Below the pieces are notes generated by a model. It did not search any database and was not told the DNA's origin. It saw only the letters and a program-made list of their open reading frames with translations. Below, one piece after another: positions 9,594-20,128 of a stretch of 64,000 nt of DNA. This DNA is from Collinsella sp. (lineage in GTDB: Bacteria > Actinomycetota > Coriobacteriia > Coriobacteriales > Coriobacteriaceae), in the NCBI GenBank assembly GCA_048519165.1, contig DBFZVF010000010.1, forward strand, positions 177 through 64,176, read 5' to 3'. The position numbers and the translations under genes were made by a program. Each line of letters starts with the position of its first letter. Position 1 is the stretch's first letter.

Positions 9594-10439
9594 CTACTCC
9601 TGCGGCATGGCAGGCATGGCCACTGTAGCGCCCGGGTCCTCGCCGGCGCCGTCAACGAGCGGCAGCGCTCCCTCGCGCGCGGGGGCAACCGGAGCCGTCG
9701 CCGCACCACCGTAGACAGCAGCGGGGGCCTCATGGCTCTCGGCGGTCGCGCCCTCGGTATCGATTACCTCCTGCGGCTCGTCGTCAAAGCTCGGGACGCC
9801 CTGGGGCTCCGCGGGCTCGGGCTCGGAGGCAGCCTCGGCAGGGGCATCGTTGACAGACTCGGCGGCAGCCTCGGCAGGCGCCTCGCCCTCGGTCGTGTCC
9901 CCGGCCTCGCCTTCGGCGTTCGCGGCGGCGACGGCCTCGTGCGGGTCCTTGCCCTCGGCCTCGGCACGCATGCCCAGTACCAGGTTACGCAGGCCCGCGA
10001 CCGTACCGTCCACATCGGGAGCGGGCTGGTCGGCATGCAGATAGGCCCAATCCATCATAAAGGTCGCCGAAGACAGCGCGCCGATGGCCAGCGCGTCGTC
10101 GGGACACGAAAGCTCGACCTCAAAGACACGCTCATCGTGCTCACTCACGCGAGTGCGGCCGCACGAAATGCTGCCAGCGAGACCGGTCTCGTTCATGAGC
10201 TCGACCGTCACGTGCTCCAGCAGATGGCAAAGCTCGGTCTGGCCCATGCAGTCCTGGAACTCGCGACCGGAATCGCCCAGGCACAGGTGCTTGGCAATTG
10301 CGGGTACCAGGTAGTACACGCGCGCCGTGGCCTCGATGTCCTCCGAGGTCATGAGCGGCATGCCGGGGTTCACCAGCACGTGCGCGCAGATCTTGTCCTC
10401 GCTGACGGTGACCTTAAGGATGTTGAACAGGCCTGCCAT
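9594..10439 (-). CDS. Stand-alone cyanophycin synthetase N-domain-like protein with acidic tail
   Basis: KHLCLGDSGREFQDCMGQTELCHLLEHVTVELM...GRTR resembles the CphA1 N-domain motif. Confidence 0.7.
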   Translation of the reverse strand: MAGLFNILKVTVSEDKICAHVLVNPGMPLMTSEDIEATARVYYLVPAIAKHLCLGDSGREFQDCMGQTELCHLLEHVTVELMNETGLAGSISCGRTRVSEHDERVFEVELSCPDDALAIGALSSATFMMDWAYLHADQPAPDVDGTVAGLRNLVLGMRAEAEGKDPHEAVAAANAEGEAGDTTEGEAPAEAAAESVNDAPAEAASEPEPAEPQGVPSFDDEPQEVIDTEGATAESHEAPAAVYGGAATAPVAPAREGALPLVDGAGEDPGATVAMPAMPQE

Positions 10440-10463
10440 AACTCTCCCCTACTCTTCCTTACC

Positions 10464-11837
10464 CTACTCGTCGCCGTCGTGCGGGTCCGCAGAGCCCGCA
10501 CCAGACGCCGTCGGCTCGTCTGCCGAGGGCTCGGAATCCTTCTTATCGGTTTCGGCCGGAGCGATCACGCGAATGAGCGAGATGCGCTGGCCACGCATCG
10601 ACTGTACCTTGAACTTGTACCCCGCGACCTCAAACACCTCTCCGATGTCGGGCACCGAGTCGCAAAGCTCCAAAATCCAGCCGGCGATGGTCTCATAATC
10701 ATCGCTTTCCTCGAGCGGCCAACCAAGGTCAATCGCGTCATCGCACGAAAAACGCCCATCGACAAGCCACTCGCGGCGCGAAAGGCGCGTGAGGTACTTG
10801 TTGTCGGGGTCAAACTCGTCCTCGATCTCGCCCACGATCTCCTCGACGATGTCCTCGATGGTGATGATGCCGGCCGTGCCACCGTACTCGTCCACGACCA
10901 CTACGATCTGGTCGTGCGAGGTCTGCATCTCGGACAGCAGCGGCAGGATGTCCTTGGTGTCGGGCACAAAGGTGGCGTCGCGCAAAAAGTCGGCGATGGG
11001 CTGGTCGCCCTTGCCGTCGAGCGAAGGCTGGATCAGGTCCTTGATGTGCGCGATGCCCACGACGTTGTCGGGATCCTCGTGATAGACGGGGATGCGGCTA
11101 AAGCCGGTCTGGCGCATGGCGGACAGCACGTCGGCGACCGTCTCGTCGTCCTCGCACATGGTGGTGTCCACGCGCGGCACCATGACCTCGCGGGCAACGG
11201 TGTCGCCCAGGTCGAAGATCTCGTGGATCATACGCTTTTCCTCGTCGAGCAGGTCGTCCTGCTCAGAGACCATGTACTTGATCTCTTCCTCCGAGACGTT
11301 TTGGCGGTCGTCGGCGCTCTTGATGCGCAGGATACGGGCCAGGCCGTCGGAGCAGGCACCGGTCAGCCACACGAGCGGGCGGGCGATCTTTTGGAACACG
11401 GAGAGCGGTCCCACGACCTGCTTGGATACGCCCTCGGCGTTAGCGAGGCCGATGCGCTTGGGCACGAGCTCGCCAATCACGATGGACACAAAGGCGACGG
11501 CGACGGTGATGATGACCGGCGCCAGGCCGCGCGCGATGGCGGAAAGCGGCGCGATGCCAAAGCTCATGAGCCACGTGGCAAGCGGGTCGGACAGGCTCGT
11601 CGAGGCGACGGCGGACGAGGCAAAGCCCACGAGCGTGATGGCGACCTGGATGGTGGCGAGCAGCTGATCGGAATCGGCGGCCAGCTTAATGGCGCGCTCG
11701 GCGCGTTTGTCGCCTTCCTCGGCCTCGTGCTCCAGCACAGCGCGCTTTGCCGTGGTGAGCGCCATCTCGGACATAGAGAAGTATCCGTTGATGAGGGTCA
11801 AAACGAGGGTGGTGATAAGGGAGATGGTTATGTCCAT
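10464..11837 (-). CDS. HlyC/CorC (CNNM/DUF21-CBS-CorC) family protein
   Basis: NGYFSMSEMAL, GELVPKRI, AREVMVPR, FSRIPVY, VVDEYGGTAGIITIEDIVEEIVGEIEDE. Confidence 0.93.
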   Translation of the reverse strand: MDITISLITTLVLTLINGYFSMSEMALTTAKRAVLEHEAEEGDKRAERAIKLAADSDQLLATIQVAITLVGFASSAVASTSLSDPLATWLMSFGIAPLSAIARGLAPVIITVAVAFVSIVIGELVPKRIGLANAEGVSKQVVGPLSVFQKIARPLVWLTGACSDGLARILRIKSADDRQNVSEEEIKYMVSEQDDLLDEEKRMIHEIFDLGDTVAREVMVPRVDTTMCEDDETVADVLSAMRQTGFSRIPVYHEDPDNVVGIAHIKDLIQPSLDGKGDQPIADFLRDATFVPDTKDILPLLSEMQTSHDQIVVVVDEYGGTAGIITIEDIVEEIVGEIEDEFDPDNKYLTRLSRREWLVDGRFSCDDAIDLGWPLEESDDYETIAGWILELCDSVPDIGEVFEVAGYKFKVQSMRGQRISLIRVIAPAETDKKDSEPSADEPTASGAGSADPHDGDE

Positions 11838-11947
11838 CGGGAGTTTCTCGAACCTCCAAGATTCGGGACGTTAGGGTAAAACGTTGGTGGCGGATACGGC
11901 AATTGCGCCGGCACCCAAGCGAGGACGCGGGCGCGCAGGCATGGTCG

Positions 11948-12631
11948 CTAGATTACGAAGAGGATCACCGCCATGAACTGGAAGATGCTGCCGGCGAGCA
12001 CCCACAGGTGAAACACGCTGTGCAGATAGCGCACGTTTTTGGCGATATAGAACGGCACGCCCGCGGTGTAGCACACGCCGCCGACGGCGAGCAGGGCAAG
12101 TGCCACGGGGTTGAGCAGCGACACGAGCTCGGGCAGCTTAAAGACAACGAGCCAGCCCATCAGCAGGTAGACCAGGCCGCTTACCCAGTGCGGTTGACGC
12201 TCACGCATAAAGCACTCGAGGGCGATGCCGATAATGGCGATGGCCCATACGGCAAAGAACAGCGCAGGACCGCCGTCGTTTGCGAGCGTGATGAGGCAAA
12301 ACGGCGTATAGCTGCCGGCTATGAGCAGGTAGATGCAGCTGTGGTCGATGATGCGAAACACGCGCTTGGCGCGCGCGGGTTGAATCGCGTGGTAGAGCGT
12401 GGAGGCCAGATATTCGAGGATAATGCTGACGCCATAGACAATCGCCGCGGCCATGTGGGCCGGGCCTCCGCCGCGCAGGGCAGCGAATACGATCAGGAGC
12501 ACCAGGCCCGCGATACCCAGCAGGCAGCCGACACCATGGGTGACGGAGTTCATGATCTCCTCGCCCACCGTGTAGTGTGGAACGGCCGCGGTCTTGGGTC
12601 GCGGCTTAGAACTGTCGCTCGAATCGGACAT
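11948..12631 (-). CDS. Hemolysin III / PAQR family membrane protein (TrhA-like)
   Basis: EEIMNSVTHG, STLYH, DHSCIYLLIAGSYTP, HSVFHLWVL. Confidence 0.92.
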   Translation of the reverse strand: MSDSSDSSKPRPKTAAVPHYTVGEEIMNSVTHGVGCLLGIAGLVLLIVFAALRGGGPAHMAAAIVYGVSIILEYLASTLYHAIQPARAKRVFRIIDHSCIYLLIAGSYTPFCLITLANDGGPALFFAVWAIAIIGIALECFMRERQPHWVSGLVYLLMGWLVVFKLPELVSLLNPVALALLAVGGVCYTAGVPFYIAKNVRYLHSVFHLWVLAGSIFQFMAVILFVI

Positions 12632-12817
12632 GCCGGTTACATCCTCCAACGTAAAGAGTTCTCAACACTATATCAAAGCGTCTAGGTACGTGCGAAATTT
12701 GCACCATACGTGACCCTTTGTTTACCCATTCTTTGTCTGTTGACGCATCAACGGCGAACGTCCATAATGCGCTTGCATTAAATGTTGATGTATTAACATC
12801 TTATAGGAGAATACCGC

Positions 12818-13783
12818 ATGGCTCAAAACGCACGTTCCCATCGAAAGCTCAAGATAGCCGGCATCGTTGCACTGGTGGTTGTCGTTGCGCTGCTCGGATT
12901 TGCCGGCAACTTTCTGTTTGACTTCGCGCTGAATCCCCAAGCGTCGTACACCATGAAGATGATGCAGGATAGCAAGAACGACAAAGAAGGCGAGCAGCCG
13001 GATGCCGAGGAAACCGAGGCGCGGGCGTGGTTTAAAGAGAATCGCGAGAGCAGCAACCTCACCGCAGATGACGGAACCGAGCTCGCCGCTTGGTATTTTG
13101 CCGCCTCGGAGAACACCCACGATTACGCCGTCTGCCTGCATGGATATACCAACGAGCCCATCGGCATGGCCCGATACGCCAAGCGCTTCCACGACCGCGG
13201 CATGAACGTGCTCGCGCCTGCCGCCCGCGCCCACGAGCGCTCCGGCGGCGACTATATCGGCATGGGCTGGCCCGAACGCCTCGACATCGTCGCGTGGATC
13301 GAGCGGATCGTTCAGGCTGACCCCGAGGCGCGCATCCTGGTCTTTGGCGAGTCGATGGGTGCGGCAACCGCCATGAACGTCGCGGGGGAATCTCTGCCCG
13401 CAAACGTGAAATGCATTATCGAGGACTGTGGTTATACGAGTGTTTGGGACGAGTTTTCTCTGCAGCTCAAGGACGTGTTCGGCCTGCCCAGCTTTCCCTT
13501 GCTCGATGTAGCAAACTTGGTGTGCAACGTGCGCGCGGGCTACGACTTTCATAAGGCGAGCAGTGTGGAGCAACTCAAACACGCGACAGTTCCCATGCTG
13601 TTTATCCACGGCGACCAGGACACCTTTGTGCCGTACAGCATGCTCGACCAAAACTACGACGCGTGCGCCAGCAAGGTCAAGCAAAAGCTCACTATCCATG
13701 GCGCCACCCACGCCAAGAGTGCGCAAGTTGACCCCGAGCTCTACTGGAATACGGTCGATGACTTCCTCGACAAGAATTTTTAG
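12818..13783 (+). CDS. Membrane-anchored alpha/beta hydrolase (YqkD-like)
   Basis: N-terminal TM, LHGY, GESMG nucleophile elbow, FIHGDQDTFVP, HA. Confidence 0.9.
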   Translation: MAQNARSHRKLKIAGIVALVVVVALLGFAGNFLFDFALNPQASYTMKMMQDSKNDKEGEQPDAEETEARAWFKENRESSNLTADDGTELAAWYFAASENTHDYAVCLHGYTNEPIGMARYAKRFHDRGMNVLAPAARAHERSGGDYIGMGWPERLDIVAWIERIVQADPEARILVFGESMGAATAMNVAGESLPANVKCIIEDCGYTSVWDEFSLQLKDVFGLPSFPLLDVANLVCNVRAGYDFHKASSVEQLKHATVPMLFIHGDQDTFVPYSMLDQNYDACASKVKQKLTIHGATHAKSAQVDPELYWNTVDDFLDKNF

Positions 13784-13829
13784 GCAAATAGTACGGTTTA
13801 CTGGCCTATCTGACCCCCTAGCACTTCCG

Positions 13830-13868
13830 AAAAGCCGCCCGTGGGCACTGTGCTCACGGGCGGCTTTT
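13830..13868. terminator. Bidirectional intrinsic terminator
   Basis: AAAAGCCGCCCGTGGGCAC-T-GTGCTCACGGGCGGCTTTT between convergent genes. Confidence 0.85.
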
Positions 13869-13916
13869 GCTAACAGTTGTGCTACAAAGGCGCTTGTTTT
13901 GTCTAATAGCTAGGTG

Positions 13917-15122
13917 CTACTTGACCTCGATGAGCTCGTACTTGCTCGTGCCCAGGCCGATCTTCTCGGCGTGCGCGATGCACACGCGCCAGTCGGTGTC
14001 GGGATGCGTGATGCAGAAGGGATCCTTGGCCTGCTCGCCCTCCAGATGCTCGTGGTTGTGCTCCATCTTGGCCGCGCTATCGGTGAGCTCGGTGTTGGGC
14101 AGCGGCTCAGACGCCATGACGGCGTCGGCGCAGGCCTGGTCGATGGCGACCGGGTCGAAGCTCGCGAACATGCCGATGTCGTTGACGATAGGCGTATCGT
14201 TTTCGGGATGGCAGTCGCAGTTGGGACTGATGTCCATGGCAAGCGAGATGTGGAAGCTCGGGCGGCCGTCGACGACGGCCTTCGTATACTCGGCGATCTT
14301 GCAGTTGAGCACGTCGGCCGCGGCGTCATAGCCGGGCTTGATGCAGTCCTGGTTGCATGCCGCAATGCAGCGTCCGCAGCCCACGCAGCGATCGTGGTCG
14401 ATGGCGGCCACGTGCACCGTGCGAGTAGCGCCGCTGGCAAGCTCGCGGTCGCGGGTGCCGTCGAACGAGATGGCGTTGTGCGCGCAGATCTTTTCGCAGG
14501 CATGGCAGCCAACGCAGTGCTCGGTCGAGACGTTCGGCTTGCCGGCGGCATGCTGCTCCATCTTGCCGGCGCGGCTGCCGCCTCCCATGCCCAGGTTCTT
14601 CATGGCGCCGCCAAAACCGGCCTGCTCATGGCCCTTAAAGTGGGTGAGGCTAATCACGATATCAGCATCCATGAGCGCCTGACCGATCTTGGCCTCGCGC
14701 ACGTACTCGCCACCCTCGACCGGGACGAGCGCCTCGTCGGTACCCTTGAGGCCGTCGGCGATGATGATCTGGCAGCCCGTGGCATACGGGGTAAAACCGT
14801 TCTGGTAGGCGGTATCGATGTGCTCGAGCGCGTTTTTGCGGCTACCCACATAGAGCGTATTGCAGTCGGTGAGGAAGGGCTTGCCGCCCAGCTCCTTCAC
14901 GACATCCGCGACGGCGCGGGCGTAGTTGGGGCGCAAAAAGCTCAGATTGCCCAGCTCGCCAAAGTGAATCTTGATGGCGACGAACTTGTTCTCAAAGTCG
15001 ATCTGCTCGATACCGGCGTGACGGATGAGGCGCTTGAGCTTGTCGAGCTGGCTCTCGCGAGCATGCGTGCGCAGGTTGGTAAAGTACACCTTTGCCGGTG
15101 CTGCGGGTGCGGTTGCGGTCAT
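13917..15122 (-). CDS. DUF362-domain Fe-S protein with 2x[4Fe-4S] ferredoxin insert
   Basis: VAIKIHFGE, TDCNTLY, SLTHFKGH..GFGGAMKNLGMG, two CxxCxxCxxxC motifs, DPVAID. Confidence 0.9.
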   Translation of the reverse strand: MTATAPAAPAKVYFTNLRTHARESQLDKLKRLIRHAGIEQIDFENKFVAIKIHFGELGNLSFLRPNYARAVADVVKELGGKPFLTDCNTLYVGSRKNALEHIDTAYQNGFTPYATGCQIIIADGLKGTDEALVPVEGGEYVREAKIGQALMDADIVISLTHFKGHEQAGFGGAMKNLGMGGGSRAGKMEQHAAGKPNVSTEHCVGCHACEKICAHNAISFDGTRDRELASGATRTVHVAAIDHDRCVGCGRCIAACNQDCIKPGYDAAADVLNCKIAEYTKAVVDGRPSFHISLAMDISPNCDCHPENDTPIVNDIGMFASFDPVAIDQACADAVMASEPLPNTELTDSAAKMEHNHEHLEGEQAKDPFCITHPDTDWRVCIAHAEKIGLGTSKYELIEVK

Positions 15123-15217
15123 AGATCTATCCCCTCGGTCTATATGGCGTTACAGACATAAGAGGATGGTACCCGTTGAAGCAGGGTTAATGTCAAGCAC
15201 GGCGCCCAGTCATTGGG

Positions 15218-15316
15218 TAGTCATTGGGGACAGACTTAAATGAGTGCCGCCAGGGACAGTCCTTGCCAGCACGGCCGGCGAACCGGCGAATCGGCAAAGA
15301 CTGTCCCCGATGACTA
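15218..15316. repeat. Cluster of GGGGAC REP-like elements (inverted pair)
   Basis: TAGTCATTGGGGACAGACTTAAATGAG (15218), GGGACAGTCCTTGCC (15253) and inverted GGCAAAGACTGTCCCCGATGACTA (15293-15316). Confidence 0.8.
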
Positions 15317-17980
15317 CTCCTGCACCTTGAGAGCTTCGGCCAGGCCCACACGTTTGATGGAACGCATGTGCAGCAACGCCACGACCAGATAGGTTGCAAA
15401 GCCGATTCCTGCGCACGCCGCCATGGACCACCAGGGCACGTAGATCTCGATATTGCCGTTGTAGGCGAGCAGCATCGAGCGGAAGATGGCCGTGAGCGAG
15501 CCAATAATGACCGGCAGGCTCAGCACGAGCGACGCCGCCACGCACAACGTGATCGAGCGGATGTACAGATGCGAGATCTCGCTATCGCGATAGCCAAAGA
15601 CTTTCATGTAGCTGATCGAACGGGCGCTGTGGTCGATCACCGCCTTGGTCAGCAGGTACATAAACAGCAGGAAGATAAACACCGCGAGCCCGATCATCAT
15701 TCCGATCATTTTGCTCATCATGCCGATGAACTGGTCGCCCACGGCCCGCATGTCGTCGGGCGTGGTATCGCCGGCAAAGTAACGAGCATCGAGGTCGAGC
15801 TTCTCGTCGCTCACATAGCCGTTAAAGTAGGCGGCGTCGTTGCCGAACAGTTCGTTAAAGTCGTCGATACTCATATAGATATTCATGTCCGACTTGGAGC
15901 CCCAGGCACAGTCCTTGCCCGCGCACTCAAGAGAATAATGCTCGCCCTCGTACTTGTCGTCGAGCGTGACCTTCTGGCCCTCGCTCCAGCCAAACTTGTC
16001 GAGCAGGCCGCCGCCAAAGACGACGCGCCCATCGCCAACGTTGAGGTCTTTCCAATAGCGCGAATCGGACGAGATGCCGTAGACGGAAATCGTCTCCTGC
16101 CCATTTCCATCGCCGCGGTTGTATTGCAGCTGGTAAACGGCATATTTCTCGGCCTGCGCGATTGCGCCCGCGCCGTTGTCGGTCGTATTGACCGGGTGGA
16201 TATCATCGTTGTCAGTGTCGATCTTAGAGGCCTTGTCGATCAGGTCGATAGCCTCGTCGCGGTCGCAGCCGAGGGCATCGGCAAGGTCATCGAGGCGCGC
16301 ATAAAGCGCATCCTTCTTGTCCTGGACCTTGGCGAGCGCGTCCTGCGCCGCGGCCAGGCTCTCGGCAGACGGAGATGCGGTCGCGGCATCGGCTGCCGCC
16401 TGCGCTGCATCGGCCGCGTCCTCAAGCTCGTCATCGGCATCCTGAGCGGCAGAAAGCAGTGCGCCGTCAACCGACTGCAAACGCTCGAGTGCCGACCACT
16501 GCTCGCGCTCCTCGGCGGTGCCCTCTAGTTCCAGCGGGGCCTTGAGCGTGTACTGGTGCTCGGCGACCAGGCTTGTCTCGAGGTTGTCCGCGTAGTGCGT
16601 CATCGTGGGCAGAATCGCCAGGCCAAAGAGCAGTAGCAGCGAGGCAAACGCAATGCCCACGAAAAGCGTGGCGAAGTTGCCCAGATTACGCAGGAAGATG
16701 CGCAGGCGGAAGCGCGAGACAAAGCCCATGCGCTCCGGCAGCTGCAGGCCGCGCTTGGTGCCCGACTTGCCGCCCGCCTCGTGACGGAGGAACTGCAACG
16801 GCGTCTTGCCCATTTTGCGGAGCAGGCCCACCAGCGTAATGAGGATGAGCGCGGCGGCGGGAACCACGGCGCACTTCACAAAGATCTCCCAGCTCCAGTA
16901 CACCTGGAAGGGCGGCAGGCTGTACGAGCCGTAATAGAGGCCGCGCATGGGCTCGGTAAAGAACGCAACGCCGAGCGCGGTGCCCAAAAGCGCCGCGAGC
17001 ATGCCCACGATGGCGGGAAGCGCGAGGTAGTGCAGTACGATCTCGCGACGGCGATAGCCGCTGGCGAGCAGTGTGCCGATGATGGCGCTCTCCTCCTCGA
17101 TGGTGGCGTCGGTAAGGACCACAAAGACGAACGCCATGATCACGATGATGATGTCGAGCAGCGTCATCCACATCATAGAGTCGCCGTCCACGTCATCGCG
17201 CGCATAGCCAATGCCTTGATTGGAATCGGCGTCGATCAGATCGTCCACGCGCGCATCGACGTCGGTCAGTGCCTCAACCATATCCTGCTCCGCATCGATG
17301 CGATCCGCAGTGGGGAGGTCGCGATCGGTAAAGGTGAAGGAGTAGGTGTAGGCGGGCGCGCCGCCGGCATCTTCGAGCGCGGCAAAGCCGCCATCGGTGA
17401 CCTCGGCCACGCCGTACGTGATGGTGTTCACCGTAAAGTCCGAATTGTTGAGAAACAGCGCCTGACTGTCGGGCTGGGTCATGATGCCGCAGATGATGTA
17501 GGTGCGGCCCTCAAGCTCAACCTTATCGCCCACGGCGAGGTCGTTGTTGGTGGCGAAGACACGGTCGATGGCTACCTCATCGTCCGTCTTGGGCTCCTTG
17601 CCCTCACAGTAGGACGCGATATCGACCTTGGTGCGGTGCGCATAGGTGCGCAGCGTGCGCTTGGTGCCGTCGTCGCCGGCGGTCTTTTTGATGATGGCGT
17701 CGATGGAGAAATTCTTGTAGAGCGTGACGCCGCCGACGTCGTCGGCCGCGTCCTCGGCTGCCTTGAGTTGCTCCTCGGTCGCCTCGAAGGAGGTGGTCAC
17801 GCGGCCGTCCTCAATCGTGTACGCATCGCGCATGTCATCGATAAGGCAGCCGATGGAATGCGCTGCGAGCAAAAAGCCCGACGTGAGGGCTATGCTTCCG
17901 CACATAAGCAAAAAGATGCCCAGGTACTTGCCGATATTGCGGCGCAGCTCGCGCGGGAGACGTTTTGCGAGAGGTGTCAT
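15314..17980 (-). CDS. ABC exporter permease, FtsX/MacB-like (duplicated)
   Basis: Two FtsX repeats (IIGTLLASGYRRREI; ISYMKVFGYRDSEI); Ala/Asp-rich insert. Confidence 0.9.
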   Translation of the reverse strand: MTPLAKRLPRELRRNIGKYLGIFLLMCGSIALTSGFLLAAHSIGCLIDDMRDAYTIEDGRVTTSFEATEEQLKAAEDAADDVGGVTLYKNFSIDAIIKKTAGDDGTKRTLRTYAHRTKVDIASYCEGKEPKTDDEVAIDRVFATNNDLAVGDKVELEGRTYIICGIMTQPDSQALFLNNSDFTVNTITYGVAEVTDGGFAALEDAGGAPAYTYSFTFTDRDLPTADRIDAEQDMVEALTDVDARVDDLIDADSNQGIGYARDDVDGDSMMWMTLLDIIIVIMAFVFVVLTDATIEEESAIIGTLLASGYRRREIVLHYLALPAIVGMLAALLGTALGVAFFTEPMRGLYYGSYSLPPFQVYWSWEIFVKCAVVPAAALILITLVGLLRKMGKTPLQFLRHEAGGKSGTKRGLQLPERMGFVSRFRLRIFLRNLGNFATLFVGIAFASLLLLFGLAILPTMTHYADNLETSLVAEHQYTLKAPLELEGTAEEREQWSALERLQSVDGALLSAAQDADDELEDAADAAQAAADAATASPSAESLAAAQDALAKVQDKKDALYARLDDLADALGCDRDEAIDLIDKASKIDTDNDDIHPVNTTDNGAGAIAQAEKYAVYQLQYNRGDGNGQETISVYGISSDSRYWKDLNVGDGRVVFGGGLLDKFGWSEGQKVTLDDKYEGEHYSLECAGKDCAWGSKSDMNIYMSIDDFNELFGNDAAYFNGYVSDEKLDLDARYFAGDTTPDDMRAVGDQFIGMMSKMIGMMIGLAVFIFLLFMYLLTKAVIDHSARSISYMKVFGYRDSEISHLYIRSITLCVAASLVLSLPVIIGSLTAIFRSMLLAYNGNIEIYVPWWSMAACAGIGFATYLVVALLHMRSIKRVGLAEALKVQE

Positions 17981-17988
17981 GGCGCCGC

Positions 17989-18702
17989 CTACCAATCGAG
18001 CTCGGCGGCCGCAACGGGCGACTCGTTGAGCTCATCCTCGACGATGTGCCCGTCGCGCAGGCGCAGCACGCGGTTGGCCATGCGGGCGATGGCGGCGTTG
18101 TGCGTGACGATGATGATGGTGCAGCCGTAGGTGCGGTTGACATCCTCCATGAGCTGCAAGATTTCCTTGGACGTCTTATAGTCGAGCGCACCGGTGGGCT
18201 CGTCGCACAGCAGCAGGCCCGGGTTTTTGACGAGCGCACGGCCGATGGCGCAGCGCTGCTGCTGGCCGCCCGAAACCTGGCGCGGGAACTTGTTGCGGTG
18301 CTCGTAGAGACCCAGCGAACGCAGCAGGTCATCGATGTTGAGCGGCTTTTTGGACAGGTGTGCCGTGACCTCGATGTTTTCCTTGATGGTGAGATCGGGC
18401 ACCAGGTTGTAGAACTGGAAGACAAAGCCCAGCTCACGGCGGCGATACTCGCCCAGGTCGGTAGGTTTGAGCACCGTGAGGTCGCAGCCGTCCACCAAAA
18501 TAGAGCCAGCGTCGGCATCCTCCAGGCCGCCGATCAGGTTAAGAAACGTCGACTTGCCCGAGCCCGAGGGCCCCAGCATGACGCAGATCTCGCCTCGGTT
18601 GATGGACGTGTCGATGCCATCGAGTACCGTCAGGCGCGCATCACCGTCGCCGTAGTGCTTTTTGAGATCCTTAACCTGGACGTAGGCTTCCTGCGTTGCC
18701 AT
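17989..18702 (-). CDS. ABC transporter ATP-binding protein (LolD/MacB type)
   Basis: [33 protein letters not shown]. Confidence 0.95.
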   Translation of the reverse strand: MATQEAYVQVKDLKKHYGDGDARLTVLDGIDTSINRGEICVMLGPSGSGKSTFLNLIGGLEDADAGSILVDGCDLTVLKPTDLGEYRRRELGFVFQFYNLVPDLTIKENIEVTAHLSKKPLNIDDLLRSLGLYEHRNKFPRQVSGGQQQRCAIGRALVKNPGLLLCDEPTGALDYKTSKEILQLMEDVNRTYGCTIIIVTHNAAIARMANRVLRLRDGHIVEDELNESPVAAAELDW

Positions 18703-18796
18703 GGTATCCCCCATTGTTAGCCTAGTACTACTTTATGAACGTAATAGTAAACCTTGGCGAACTATTTTGGGGCGAGAGTGGGGATTTGTTTCAGAC

Positions 18797-18917
18797 TAGT
18801 CATTGGGGACGTTCTTAAATGACCAGTCACAAGGGACGCTCTTTCGCCACCCGGCAGTTGGGGACGCTCCTTATCTGCCCCCGATGGCTAGTCATTTAAG
18901 TCTGTCCCCAATGAGTA
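18797..18917. repeat. Cluster of GGGGAC REP-like elements
   Basis: TAGTCATTGGGGACGTTCTTAAATGACCA (18797-18825), GGCAGTTGGGGACGCTCCTTATCTGCC (18853-18879), inverted TAGTCATTTAAGTCTGTCCCCAATGAGTA (18889-18917). Confidence 0.85.
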
Positions 18918-18922
18918 GGTGT

Positions 18923-20128
18923 CTAGGCGTGGGATTTGTTGTGGGCGAGGGCTAGGCCTACGGCGGCGATGGCCGCGGCAAAGAGCACTGTGACGCCCAG
19001 ATCGCAAGCGATGTCGCCCAGCACGGTGGACGTCAGGTCCGCGGCGAGCGCCTTGCCAATCGCGTCGTTCACCCAATACGTCGGCACAAAATGCGCCGCG
19101 GTCTGCACGGCTGGGCCCATCAGCGACAGCGGCATCCAGGCGCCGCCCAAAAACGTCATGAGCATGCCGAGCAGGTTGCCCACACCGTTGAGCAGCTCCT
19201 CACGCGCACCCAGGCTCGAAAGGGCAAAGCCAACGGCCAGAGGCGTGCACGCCAGGGCAAACGTCGCCGCCAGCGCCAGGCACACACGACCCACGCCGAC
19301 CTCGGCAACCGCGCCGGCAAAGCCCACGACGCCCATCATGCTCGACACAAACCAGATGCAGACGGTGATCACAGTGGCGGCCGCAAACACGGCGAGCGAA
19401 CGCCGGCGCTCGGAGATTGGGCCGGCATCCATACGACGCACGCGCTCGGGCTCGTTCATGCCCGAGAACACCAGCCCCACCGATACGATGACCGACGAGA
19501 TAATCGCGTACGCGCCAAAGTTGAAATACGACTTGAGCATGGCGGCGGCAGTCGAACCAACCTTGACCTGCTCAATCTGGACCTCGGCGCGCTTGGCGGC
19601 GGCATGCTCGGCGGCCTTGGCGACGCTACCATTAGAGGCGGCGGGCTCTAGGGCCGCTGCAGCGCCCGCGAGCGAAATCCAGCGCGAGGCCTCAGCAGAC
19701 GAAAGCGCCGCCGCCATGGTGCCGGCACCGTAGGTCACATCGAGCTTGGGCAGGGCCTCCCCCGCGCGGGCGGCTGCAACGAGGTCGCCCTCAAACCCCT
19801 CCGGGATAAAGAACACGCAGTCGGCACTGCCCTTGGCGCTGTTGCTCTTGGAGAGCGCGTCCGCAAGGTCGTAGGTGTCGTCGCCGATGCCCGTGACCAG
19901 CTCAAAGCGCGAACCCAGATGCTTGGTAAGCGCACGCGAAAGATCGCTGTCGTCGCGATCGACCACGATCACGTTGGCATCGTAGGGCTTGTACTCGGTG
20001 AGCTGCGACGAGTTCCAGCTCACCGATGCCGCGATAAACACACCCATGAGCGAGATGAACACCGTGTAGATGAGCAGATAGAGCGGGTGTGCGAGCGCCA
20101 TGCGAAGCGCAGTCTTAAAGGTGCTCAT
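18923..20128 (-). CDS. ABC-2 type exporter permease
   Basis: N-terminal TM, VVDRDDSDLS, six C-terminal TMs, FLGGAWMP...HFVPTYW; SD GAAGGAG. Confidence 0.88.
   Translation of the reverse strand: MSTFKTALRMALAHPLYLLIYTVFISLMGVFIAASVSWNSSQLTEYKPYDANVIVVDRDDSDLSRALTKHLGSRFELVTGIGDDTYDLADALSKSNSAKGSADCVFFIPEGFEGDLVAAARAGEALPKLDVTYGAGTMAAALSSAEASRWISLAGAAAALEPAASNGSVAKAAEHAAAKRAEVQIEQVKVGSTAAAMLKSYFNFGAYAIISSVIVSVGLVFSGMNEPERVRRMDAGPISERRRSLAVFAAATVITVCIWFVSSMMGVVGFAGAVAEVGVGRVCLALAATFALACTPLAVGFALSSLGAREELLNGVGNLLGMLMTFLGGAWMPLSLMGPAVQTAAHFVPTYWVNDAIGKALAADLTSTVLGDIACDLGVTVLFAAAIAAVGLALAHNKSHA

Noticed and set aside
9306..11879. 857-aa plus-strand ORF and similar long antisense ORFs (353-1042, 4774-6810, 27449-29548, 37507-39501, 61653-63047)
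   Set aside because: Shadow ORFs opposite well-supported genes, expected in high-GC DNA; no recognisable motifs.
10464..12631. Haemolysin virulence locus
   Set aside because: The HlyC/CorC and hemolysin III family names are historical; these are widespread Mg-homeostasis and membrane proteins.
18722..18752. TACTA-N14-TAGTA operator upstream of the ABC ATPase
   Set aside because: Only 5-bp arms in AT-rich promoter DNA and no cognate regulator nearby.
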